A stretch of DNA of 64,000 bases, from assembly GCF_963921235.1 (NCBI RefSeq), contig NC_086097.1, positions 122,018,001 through 122,082,000 of the forward strand. Direction: 5' to 3'. Shown here piece by piece: positions 23,895-36,458 of this stretch. The position numbers were made by a program, and so were the translations under genes. The notes beneath the pieces are model-generated. The model searched no databases, was not told the origin of the DNA, and saw only the letters and a program-made list of their open reading frames with translations. Each line of letters opens with the position of its first letter. The stretch's first letter is position 1. This DNA comes from Mobula hypostoma (lineage: Eukaryota).

Positions 23895-26220
23895 GAGGAC
23901 TTAATAGCTTGTCAGCTTGCTATGACCATCAAAACATGGAGGAGCCATCACGTACTCCCACAGCCCCCAATGATCCAGCAATTTCAGTCTCTGAGGCTGA
24001 CGTATGAGCAGCCTTTAGGGGGATGAATCTGGCCAATTACCTGAATTACTAAAAACCTGAATCAGGCAAATTACTAAATACCTAAATTACTAAAAATTGC
24101 CGATCAATTGGCTTGGAGTATTTACTGAGAGCTTTAACCTCTCACGTTGGCAGTCTGAGGTACCCACTTGCTTCAAGCAGGCTTCAATTATACTGATGCC
24201 TACTAAGAATGTGGTAACCAGTCTCAATTACTATCGTCCAGTAGCACTTACATCTACAGTGGTGAATTGCTTTGAGAGGTTGGTAATGAAACCTATCAAC
24301 TCGTGCCTGAGAAGCAGCCTGGATCTGCTCCAGTTTCCCTTATGGAACAGCAGGTCCACAGCAGATCCCATCTCATTGACTCTTCACTCAATCCTGGAAC
24401 ATCTGGACAGCAAAGATGCATACACCAGGATCTGCTTTATCAACTACACTTCAGCATTCAATACTATCATCCCCTCAAAGTGGATCACTAAGCTCCAAGA
24501 TCATGAACAATTGGATCTTCAATTCCCTCACTTGCAGACCCCAGTCGGTATGGAACGGCAACAACATCTCCTCCACGATTTCCATCAGCACAGGTGCACC
24601 ACAAGACTGTGTGTTTAGCCCCCTGTTCTATTCACTTTACACTCATGATTGTGTGCCTAAGCACAGCCATATCAAAGTTTGCTGATGTCACCACTGTCAT
24701 AGGTCAAATCAAAGGTGGTGATGAATCAGCATATAGGAGGAAGATTCAAAGTCTGGCTGAATGGTGCCATAACAACAACTTCTTACTCTGTGTCAGCAAG
24801 CCCAAGGAATTGATTATTGATTTCAGGAGAAGGAAACCAGAGGTCCATGAGCCAGTCCTCATAAGAGGATCAGAAGTGTACATAGTCAGTAACTTTAAAT
24901 TCCTCAGAGTTATTATTTTGGAGGACCTGTCCTGCGCCCAGCATGTAAATACAATTATGAAGAAAGCACAGTAGTACGTTTACTTTCTGAGAACTTTTTC
25001 AAAGATTTGGCACGACGCCTAAAATGACAGATTTCATTGGATGTGAGGTGGAGATTATATCGACTGGCTGCATCACAGCCTGGAATGGAAACACTAATGC
25101 TCTTGAATGGAAAACCCTACAGAGAGTAGGGGATATAGCCCAATACATCACAGGTAAAGCCCTCTCCACCATTCAGCGCACCTACACGAAACATTGTTAC
25201 AGGAAAGCAGCAAGAACCCCCAACACCCTAGCCATGCTCTCTTCTCACTGCTGCCATCAGGAAGAAGGTACAGGAGCATCAGGAATCACACCACCAGTTC
25301 TGGAACAGTTATTATCCCTCAACCATCAGGCTCTTGAACCAAAGGAGATAACTTCACACTCAATTACACTTCCCCACTGCAGCCCTCCAGTGAAAAATGA
25401 TATCGTATCTGTTAAATAGGGGCCATGGACAATTCTGATTTGATGGAGAATGGACACGAAAGCACAGAGGAACATCTGGAGAAATTTCTGAAACGCCCAT
25501 CCACTGCTGCTGTTACTGCGTGGTTGGAAATCTTTTGGAGGGTAGGCCTCAAAATCTCCGGCCTTGCCTGCTTATGACCACCTAGAAGGAGGTCAAATCA
25601 TCTGGACAGAGATGGCACTCAGTACTCGGTGTCGGAGAGCTGATCGGAGCTCAAAGTTTTCGGACGACTCAGAGTGGGATTGTGGTCGGCATGGCAGGGA
25701 GAGTTTTTCTTCCTTCTCCCGTCTGCGTGAGATGTGGGACATTTGAGAAGCTTTGAACTTTTACTGTGCTCATGGACTTCTTCATCAAGTTATGGTATTG
25801 TTGCACTGTTGTAACTATATGTTATAATTATGTGGTTTTATCAGTTTTTCAGTCTTGGTTTGTCCTGTATTTTGTGGTATCATACCAGAGGAAATATTGT
25901 ATCATTTCTTAATGCATGCATTACTAAATGACAATAAAAGAGGACTACATGTCTTCATAATCATAAATGTTCCCACAACCTACAGACTCTTCAATGCATG
26001 TTCTTGATATTTTTTGCATATATTTTTTATTATTATTTCTTTTTGTATTTGCACAGTTTGTTGTATTTTTCATATTGGTTGAATACCCAAGTTGGTGCAG
26101 TCTTTCATTGATTATGTTATGGTTATTATTCTGTTATGGATTTATTGAGTTTGCCTGCAAGAAAATGAATCTGAGGATGGTATATGGTACTTTGATAAAA
26201 AAATTTTCTTTGAACTTTGA
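23895..26220 (+). mobile_element. Rex1/Babar-type LINE (degraded RT and 3' UTR), interrupted at about 25365-25965 by an unrelated non-coding insertion
   Basis: YRPVALTSTVVNCFERLV, TGAPQDCVFSPLFYSLYTHDC, KFADVTTVIG, WCHNNN; tail ttgaactttgaa near 26210. Confidence 0.85.
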
Positions 26221-26779
26221 ACTAGAAGACGGAATGGAATTATCAGCAATGAGCCAAGCGATGATGAATAGCCAGGGTGTAAACTGGCAGCAAACATAAT
26301 GATGCCTTTGAGTACTTCCAAATGAGGGCTGAAATAGTCATAGTCATAGTCATACTTTATTGATCCCGGGGGAAATTGGTTTTAGTTACAGTTGCACCAT
26401 AAATAATAAATAGTAATAGTAGTCCAGGACCAGCCTATTGGCTCAGGGTTTCTGACCTCCAAGGGAGGAGTTGTAAAGTTTGATGGCCACAGGCAGGAAT
26501 GACTTCCTAAGATGGTCTGTGCTGCATCTCGGTGGAATGAGTCTCTGGCTGAATGTACTCCTGTGCCCAACCAGGATGGGAGACATTGTCCAAGATGCAT
26601 GCAACTTGGACCACATCCTCTTTTCAGACCACCATCAGAGAGTCCAGTTCCATCCCCACAACATCGCTGGCCTTACGAAAGCATGAATATAGACATCAGA
26701 AATCAAGGACCAACTTTATTTGCCTTATGCATTTACGTGTATTAGAAAACTGCTGTGGTGCTTTGGTCAGAGTGTGACA

Positions 26780-27350
26780 TTAGATTAGATTAGATTCAAC
26801 TTTATTGTCATTGTGCTGAGTACAGATACAAAGCCAATGAAATGCAGTTAGCATCTAACCAGAAATGCAAAGGATAGTGTTATTTACAAAATAACTGTGA
26901 ATAAAAAGTAAGTGCTACAGCACACAAATATAAAAGTACTGAGACACTACAATATGGGTGCAATACTGCTTAGCGCCGTGATGTGACGTTCAGCTGGGTC
27001 ACAGCCTCAGGAAAGAAGCTCTTCCTGTGCCTGCTGGTGCAGGAGTGGAGGCTCCTGTAGTGCCTACCAGATGGGAGAAGAGTAAAAAGTCCATGGTTAG
27101 AGTGAGATGCATCCCTGATAATACTTTTCGCCCTGCCCAGGCAGTGTTTATGGCAGATGTTCTCAATGGCGGGCAATTGGGTGCCGATAATCCGCTGACC
27201 AGTTTTCACTACACACTGGAGTGCTTTGTGATCCCATATGGGACAATTTTCATACCACACTGAGATGCAGTTGGTGAGTATGCTCTCAATGGTACAGCGG
27301 TAAAAGTCCGTCAGTATCCTGGACAGAGGTGAGCTTTCTTGATCTTGTCC
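26780..27350 (-). mobile_element. Rex1/Babar-type LINE 3' fragment with (TCTAA)n tail
   Basis: LTDFYRCTIESILTNCISVWY...FTLLPSGRHYRSL...SFFPEAV. Confidence 0.8.
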
Positions 27351-30300
27351 CCACAAGCTTCAAGATCGCCACCATCGAGTGACATGCAACATGATATAAC
27401 AATATTCAACAGTTATGAATAATAAGGAATTAGATAAAATACTGTAAGCTAGAGGTTAAAATATGGATATGGAATAAGATATGCATTAAGACATAAACAG
27501 CAGCATGAATTTAAAATGTAACCAACATTTTAAAAACCTATTCAAAGTGTTTACAGTGCAATTCAGTATCTGATACAGTAACAGAGAAGTACAGAACAGA
27601 AACAGGCCCTTTGCTCAATCTAACGCCAAGAACATTTAGACTGCCTACTCCCATTGACCTGCACTGGGACCATAGCCCTCCATATCCATGTACCTATCCA
27701 AACTTCTCTTAAATGTTGAAATTGAGCTCCTATGGACTAATGCTCGCAGCTCAATCCACACTCTCGCAACTCTTTGAGTGAAGAAGTTTCCCTTATGTTC
27801 CCCTTAAGCTTCGCACCTTTCACCCTTAAGCAATGACCTCTGGTTATAGTCTCTCCCAACCTCAGTGGAAAAAGCCTCCTTGCATTTACCCTATCTACAT
27901 CCCTCATAATGCTGTATACCTTTATCAAATCTCATCTCAGTCTTCTATGTTCTAAAGAACACAGTCCTAACCTGTTCAATCTTTCCTTAGAGCTCGTGCC
28001 CTCCAGATCTGTCATCATCTTCACAAATTTTCTCCGTACTCTTTCAATCTTGTTTACATCTTTCCTGTAGGTAGGTAATTGAAACTGTACACAATACTCC
28101 AAATTAGGCCTCATCAACATCTTATACAACTTCAACATAACATCCCATCTTCTGTACCCAATACATTGATTTATGAAGGTCAATGTGCCAAAAGTGTTCT
28201 TTATGTCCCTGTCTACCTGTGACACCACTTTCAATGAATTATGGACCTGTATTCCCAGATCCCCTTGTTCTACCACACTCCTCAATGAACTGTGTAAGTC
28301 CTACCCTGGTTGGTCCTGCTGAAGTGCAAAACCTCACAATTGTCTGCATTAAATTCCATCTGCTATTTTTCAGGTTATTTTCCAGCTGATATAGATCTAT
28401 CTGCAAGCCATGATAACCTTCCTCACTGTCCACTACACCCCCAATCTTGCTGCCATCCACAAATGATAGAGGTGGGGGAGGTGTGTGTGGGGGGTCTAAC
28501 TAGAATGGTTGATCAGATTAACTGTCTGGGGAAGAAACTTTTAAATTGGCATGAAGTTTTTGTTTTAATAAGTGCTTTCCAGAAGGGACCGCTTTCAATG
28601 TAGCAAAAAAAAACATCCTTTACTTGGGTGAGATATAAAACGTTTCACCAATTCAGACCCAATACACCCCTTTATTTGGTGTTGACTTGGTAGCTATCCC
28701 TTTAAAAATAATTTTGCATTCATATTTTATCTTTCTTCTGTAATTAATACAATTTATTTGAGGGTTGTCTTAACAGTTACAGCCCATTTGGACAAGACAA
28801 AGTAAGCCACTTTCAACAACCATATTGCATGACCTTCTTAGTTATATGGAAGACTTCAGTTCAGAACACTATTTGCTTGCATTTATTGTTTGAATGTCTT
28901 TTTTTCTCTCTGCACATTGGTTATTTGATGGTCTATTTTTAATGGGTTCTGTTGGGTTTCTTTGTTTTGTGGCTGCCTGTAAGGAGACAAATCTCAAGGA
29001 TGCATAATGTATACACAGTTTGATAATAGATGTACCTTGAACTTTGAATCTTAAACTGAATAATTGATAACTCTTGTGAATCCATGTGGTGATTGCAAAA
29101 GATTGATATAGCTTTGGCAATAATAATGAAATGAAAAAGTGGAGAATCAGATTTAAGACTTTTTAACTCAAAAGTAATTTAGACTAAGAATGTAATATCT
29201 TATTAAATGCAGTGACATAGTTCAACTAGCAGTGCAAAAATAAATGTGCTTACGTTATTTCTTTGTTCCTTAATAATAACACTTAAAAGTTTAACCCTAA
29301 AAGAAGTTGAAATATTGTAGAGATACTGAATAACTTTACTAGCTAAAATAACTAGCTGTATTTATTTTTGGCCGTTGTTATTCCAGGTATTTCACTGCAA
29401 CTTTACAGACATTAAAGCTGTTGAATAATGGAGCTGGGATTCCCTGCTGAATGAAAATTAAAAATGTGTACAGATCCCTGAGGTTCCCAAAGATCACACC
29501 AGCTAACAGACTGGTACAGAAATATTCTTAATATATCATTACTTACATCTGATTCCTAAGAAAAACTTTCACCAATTCAGTGAGCTTCCATTTTTGTTAA
29601 GACTAGTTTGAGGAAACTTGTATGCTTTTGGGGAGTTTATATCAACACATCTATGCAAACCCCCTTTTCTACTATGCTTCAAAAAATCCAACTAGAGTTT
29701 CAAATACAGAATATCTGCCAGCTTGTTCTATTCTATTGATATTTGTCCAAATGCAGTTCCTTAAGGTTGTCATAGTTGAGGGAGGTAGTGGGTATAAATT
29801 CTCACTATCTATTAAATGCTCCTGATGGTGTGTGTCTCAAAAAGTCTCTGACAACCAAATCCATTTCCTGGCCTTCACGTGTAGCTTAGCTACTAAGCCA
29901 GCAGAACCGTTCCTACTGACAGGAGGAAGGGCAAATGCGGGTAACTGGGGCCTAAAAGCCAGTCACTCTGTGCAAATAGGGCTCATCAGCCATGGGTGGC
30001 GAGTTATCTAGGAGAAGGGAAACTTTACTTCCTTGTAGCTATAGCCACTCATGGGGAAGGCTTCAGCAGTGAACCCCGAAGAAAATTCCAGAGCTGGAGT
30101 CCCTCAAGCATCCTATGTTGAGTTCAATGCTGACTGGTAACTTCTGCGCTGCCGCTGGTGCCAAACTCTATCAGTTTCTGCCATTCTTTTGGATTCAACA
30201 GCTGTGTGGAGAGGAGTATCCTGATGCATGGTCAACAGCTTGCTGCCCTGGCTTCTGTACACGCAAATAACTAGGATGCAACATCCATGGCCAACACCGA

Positions 30301-31949
30301 CAAAGGCCTCTCTGTCCAACTGCTCTCTCAATCTATCACAATAACACATTCAAGTATCTTCTCCACAATGAATTTCATAGCAATATGTATACAATTTCAT
30401 GTTTCCTTCTCCAAGCCCTCTTCAGGTATAGTGAGGTATAGTGAAAAACATTGTTTTGCATGCCATCCATACAAACCACTTTATCACATCAGTACATTGA
30501 GATAACACAAAGGAACAGTAATTGCAGAATAAAGTGAGATAGTTACAAAGTGATGTACAGGCAGACAGTAAGGTCAAGAGTCCCTCTTACCATACAAGTT
30601 AAATAATCTTATGACAGCAAGATAGAAGTTGTTCTTCAGCCTGGTGATACATGCTTTCAGGCTTTGAATCTTTTGCTTGATGGGGAGAGGGGAGAAGAGA
30701 GAATGGCTGAGATCTTTGATTATGTTGGCTGCTTCACCAAGGCAGCAAGACATGTCTATGAAAGTGAGGTTGTTTTTTGTGATGTGCTGATCTGTGTGAA
30801 TCTAAGTGAATTAAGTGAAAAAGAATTTCCAATCCAAGTGATTGGTTCCTGAACTTTCAGAGCACTATGGTTAAAGTATCTGCAATATCTTCAGCTTTTT
30901 CTTCTATGCCACAGGATCTAAGGCAAGAAGTCCTGGAGATTATTTATCTTGAAACTCATTGCCTTCTTCATACTCAAGCTGATTAGACACACTCCAGATG
31001 AATTTCCAGTTTTCTTAAAATTATGTCAATTTATCCTCCCTTTTTAGGAAAGACCAAAGAAGTAACAGCTTAGGAAATTTTTCATTTCTAAAGTTTCAAT
31101 ATTTACAAATAAACAATGTTGTCTGTCCTAAGGGTGCCAAATTAGTCCAAGTTATTACCCATACTCCTGAAATACTCCTAGGATGTTTGACTGTTATCTT
31201 TGATATCTCACAGAGTTGTCTGGCCAAAGTCATGAAACCAAGCACTTACCTGAATAAAACATTTCAGTTTGATAAGATTAATGGAACAATCTGAATGAAA
31301 TATACCATCAATGTTAAGTTTATTAAGAAGACAAGTGACAAAATGCAGAGATTGCCTGAGGGAAAGGAAAACAAACTGGAAAATGTGGGCTAAAGATACA
31401 AACACATGGTCAGTTTGATCAAACTTGTGAGCAAGTGGAAAGTTAGTAGGGTGAGTAAAGATGTTTTCTAATCAATTGGGAAAGAAAAGTGAAATGTGCA
31501 ATAAATTACAAAAGCAGTATGATAGACACAGTAAAAAGTCCAAAGAACAAATTTCTGCATTAACTGAATGAATGAAAAAATAGCATGATTAGTGTAATCA
31601 AATCAAAGTGATTTGCACAGAGCTTCAAGAACAAGTGAAGCAATATGAGAAAACTCACTAGAGGCTTCAAGTGGGTGGTCCTGCCTGTGACACTTCTCCA
31701 CTGGAAACAGCCCCTATGTTGGACAGTCCTCCGAGACAGCACCACCATCTGAACTCTGGGTATTTACTGGATAGATATGACATGGACTCTACAACGGCCT
31801 CTAATGGATCCCAGAGAGAGTGACAATGATGAAATAATAGAATTGGTAGCTGTGTCACAGCTAACTCTAATAAAAAACGAGGATGTGAAGACACACTGGA
31901 CTGAAGATAGAACTATGAAAGAAGACTGACAGTGAATTATTGGTTTGCT

Positions 31950-34310
31950 AATCAATATATTGACAACCTGATCCCTCTAGTATCAGATCCATCAACTATT
32001 TTCAATGCCCTGAATCCATCAGAGAAGTGGTTCACAATTATTGAAATGGAAAATGGATTCTGATCTGTACCACTAACGTCTGACATTCACAATTGATGGT
32101 CAACAATACCAGTGGACAAGGCTACCATAACGGCCCCATAATAGTCCTACTGGCTATCACGTGGCTTTGGGACAACATCCGAGGAACTTAACAGCCATTG
32201 ATTTTACTATGATACTCTATGTGGATAATGTCCTGGATGCATCCGAAGTTGCAGACCAGCATGATCATTATGCAACTTATTTGCTTGATTATCTATCCTC
32301 CAAAAGTCAGAAAGCAAATATGGACAAGTCACAATTGCAACAAGAGGAAGTAGCTTACCTGGGATAGAAAATTTCCCAAGGTAAACTGGAAGTCACTGAG
32401 GGTTGTGCAAAAAATGTTAAGTGAGGAAAGCCACCTACAACAGTCTAGAAAATCCGATCATTATTGGGTTTGTGTAACTACAACAGAGCATGGGTCAATT
32501 TGTATGCTGAAATTGCCCAACCACTCAACAATCTGCTGAAGGGCAGTAAGTGCTTAGACGACCCTGTGATTCTTAATGAAGAACAACAGAAAGTGTTTCA
32601 AACCTTAACAACAGCATTATGTACTGCACCTGCATAAGGAATTACTGATACTGGAAAACCATTTACTCTGCATGTCAACGACAAACACATGGTGGTCTTA
32701 ACTCAAGAACCCGGAGACTGCGGTGTCCTGTTGGTTATTACTCTGCCAATTCTGTATATCAATGGCGCCTCAAAGATTTATAGAGAAATTTGAATGGCTG
32801 GATGGGCTGTTCTTTCTGAAACTGAAGATCTGGTATCAGGAAGCATGGCAGAACTGAAAGTTCTGATTAAGCTCTGTACTATGGTAGGAGGAAGATCATC
32901 CAATACCTATACCAATTCTTGATGGATAATTTGGAGTTGTTCATGGTTTTGGAAACTTATATAGAGACGAAAAGGATTTCTTATGGCTGTAGGCCAATCA
33001 AGAATGGCCAACTAATTCAAAACTAATGAATGTCATACATGTTACTGTGTTAAATGCAAAGCCATGGAAATGCATTTACAGATGAAATTGTGAAAAAGGC
33101 AGCACAGGAAGAAGTAAAAGGAATAAAATAAGTTAGGAAGTTCAAAACACTAAAATAAGCATCAGGAGCATATGCAGTGAACCCAACAACATGAATTATG
33201 GAAATGAGGTTGTACTCTGTATCACAGATGAACATACAAGGTATTTGAGAAATGCAGTGTCAGTGCTCTAACCAGGAAAAGTGGTTCTGGATGGAGAATA
33301 GTGGGAGGTTAAACAGTGATGGAGTGTGGAGATATGGCACTAGTCATAGACTAGTAGCTTCAACTACATTGCTTCCTTATCTGGCACAGCAGGTACACTC
33401 CCTAGAACATATTAGAATGGAAAAGATGATTAGCAGATTCTCCCTCTGGTGGTGGAATCCAAAGGTCAGGGCACAGGCTCAACAAACATTTGAACGATGC
33501 ATGAAAACAAATCCAGAGCAGTGGAAAAACTACCACAATTGAGTGCTCCTGCCTCACCTAGTCCATTTTCACACTTACAAATGGACTACATTGCATTGCC
33601 AAAGTGTCAAAGATACTCAGATATACTCATGATAGTGGTCAAGTTTTCAAGATGGGTGGAAGCTATTCCTGCAAAGAAAATCACTGCCATACACACAGCA
33701 AAAAATGATCGGAAGGACAATATTCCTAAATGGGGCTTGCCATGTTACATTGACTCTTACCAAGGGACACATTTCACTGGAAGTGCTTGTCAGGAATTAT
33801 GTCTACTGATGAACATCGAATGGTATCTTCACTGTCCATCTCATTTAGAGTCATTGGGACAAGTTGAATGAATGTAACCACCAAACACTGTCTGACTAAG
33901 TATTATGAGGAAGGTGTACCATGGCCTATGACTCTTCCTATTGTATTTTAGCAACAGAGCAACCCCAAACACAAAAACTAAATTAAGTTCATCTGAGGTA
34001 GTAACAAGGCATTCTATGTCACTGCCAGAAGCCCTCGATCGCAGAGAGCCTGATATACACATTATGGCAGACAATTACCCTAATTAACCCAAGCTCTTCA
34101 GTTTGCTTCTCAACAAGTTTCTGCTGCTTGGAGTGATCTCTGATTCCTGGTGAGGGGGTCCTGATAAGGAGCCACATGAGGAACTGCTAGGAGTTCGATG
34201 GGCAGGTCCTTATCAAGTGCTGTTAACTACAAACTCAGCGATGAAAGTAGAAGTTAAAAGTCAGTGGATACATGCCAGCCACCACAAGCAAGCTAAAGTG
34301 GTTTACGATG
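31950..34310 (+). pseudogene. Decayed endogenous retrovirus pol (RT, RNase H, integrase)
   Basis: QYQWTRLP, LYVDNVL (YVDD decayed), RNase H LYINGAS...AELKVL, integrase PFSHLQMDYIALP...SRWVEAIP...WGLP..IDSYQGTHFTG, and C-terminal [27 protein letters not shown]; many stops and frameshifts. Confidence 0.9.
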
Positions 34311-36458
34311 AGGACAACAAGTGCACGGTTCATTGCCAGTAACTTCTGACCCTGGGCATATGCTACTAGGCTACAGTGAGAAAATCACTAACCAGCTGGA
34401 AGACCTCAACAGAGTCGACAACTGCTGGACATTATGATGTTTATTCTAATATTGTTTGTTGTTGTTATATTTTTGCCAATTTTCCCTACTCACAATATAC
34501 CGATGAGAAGACTTATAGTGTATACTTGTGTGTATCACATAAAGAAGTGGTCTAAGCTCATGGAACAGTACGCACTTAATATGCGGAAATGGAGCTTATA
34601 CCTATCTTCCACCTAATTGGTTAGGATCTTGATATTTGGGCAATGTCCTTCCTGCTATGAGACATACACAGTCTTTATTTTTGCATGCTATGTCTAGAAT
34701 TTGTTACGTACCCCGTAACTGGGTTGCCAAACCAGCAGAAATGGATCACTCAGTTGGAGTCTGGATTACTGGAACTAAGAAAGTTTTATTAAAGAAATAA
34801 GCAACACAGTACTCTAATCAAAAGGATAATAAATGCAACAGTTCAGCAATGATAAACACACATGTACACAGAATTGGGATAACAGGATCAATCAAGCTCT
34901 ATCGTCGTCTAGGGGTAAATGACCAGTGTCAAAGTGACGCAAAGTTCAGTTCAATTGAGTTCAGTTCAGTTCACAGTAATCACTGCCGTGGCTGTGGACG
35001 GGGCGGGGGGGAGGGGGGAAGGAGCGAGAGAGCAAAAGCGAATGAATATTCAAACGGCTTCCACACAGACCTTCGATATTCTTCGCAGTCAGCTTTCAGG
35101 TGAGCCCTTTGTAATGTCTTCTGAGGTCACCGACTGTGACCCCTCCATTTTCAGATACGATCGTTTCTCTGCAGTGAACCGGGCACTCAGGCAAGGACGG
35201 ACACACACCAGGTTCCCGCCGATCGTACCTTTCCACCCTGTGCGTCTATGGCTTGGTCCCGCGACCAGCCTTCCAAAACTTCCCACCGACTTGTGGGAGG
35301 CGCACCACTTCCAGGGTCTCGTTACCTCTTGGTGTCGTGTGTGTCTTGCCTTAGCGAACCTGTCCCTTTTTATCCCCTTGCTGGGGTATCACCTGTCCAT
35401 CACTTCAAGCAGTTCAGGGTTCAAAGAGGAGCCGATCTTGACAGCTCTCAGACCGTGTCTCCTTCCGTTAAACTCTCCCATTCCTTCATTAACATCTCCG
35501 AATGCTGCTCCATTGTTTTCCTTATCTCACTTTCTCCTGAAGACAGGTGACAGACCAACTGCTGATCCCACTGGTGCCAGCACAGGACAGTTAACATCTT
35601 AGTCTATGTGTACTTTCGTCACACCCCTCACCTTTAAGGATTTTTACCGGGGTAAAAATTACAAACATGAATACATTATTTGATACCCACAAATATACAT
35701 CTTTATCAGCTGTTTAGCTAATACAGCGAATTTGAAGTTGTCAACACCTGACAGACAGTCAGCCATCACATTTTCTGTTCCTTTTATATGTGTTATTAAT
35801 AATCCCTTAAACCAGGCTCCAACTTAACAAACTTCATAGTGGCCGAAAACACTGATGAATTGCGATCAATGTAACCTCTCATTGGGTTTCGTCCCGGACC
35901 ACAATAACAAGGGTCGTCCCATCCCGACTTAGTTTTCTTTCGCAAGGGCTTAGTAGGAGGGGGAGGGGTAGTAACCGCAGAGTTATTGCAAAACTTCCTA
36001 CAGTACCCCACCATCTCCAAGAGCCTTCTGAGGGCCCTCTTGTCTGTCGGGGTTGGGATGTCAGAGATAGCCCACACCTTAGCTTGCATCGCTGCCAGCT
36101 GCCCCTGTGTCACCACAATTCCCAGATAAGTGACCTTCGTGTGGCCGAGCTCATTTTTTTCAAGGTTCATTATCAAGCTGGCTTCAGACAGCCGTATTAC
36201 ATCGCCAATACACACCTCTGTGTTCGTCAGCCCTTTCGTCACTGAATTACTCATTCTATTGCTCACTAGGCTAACCTAGCGTAACAAACACCACCCAACG
36301 TTCCAGTTCTTTGCATCGCCTCGGGACAATCAAACACACGTGTGCGAGCCGTTTGATTACTTCCCCTAAAGAGTCGCTTTGTTCGGGGATTAAGGGAGAG
36401 ACCTTATCAGCAGAGCTGGCCAAAACAATAGCCTTCTCCCATCTGGTCAATACCATAC

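Noticed and set aside
23470..25380. Twin-primed 5' inversion of one LINE
   Set aside because: The minus and plus pieces cover the same RT segment and differ strongly, so they are separate copies.
34849..35602. 227-aa and related ORFs in the Gmr1-like LTRs
   Set aside because: No recognisable domain, and the frame is broken in the sister LTR (141 aa).
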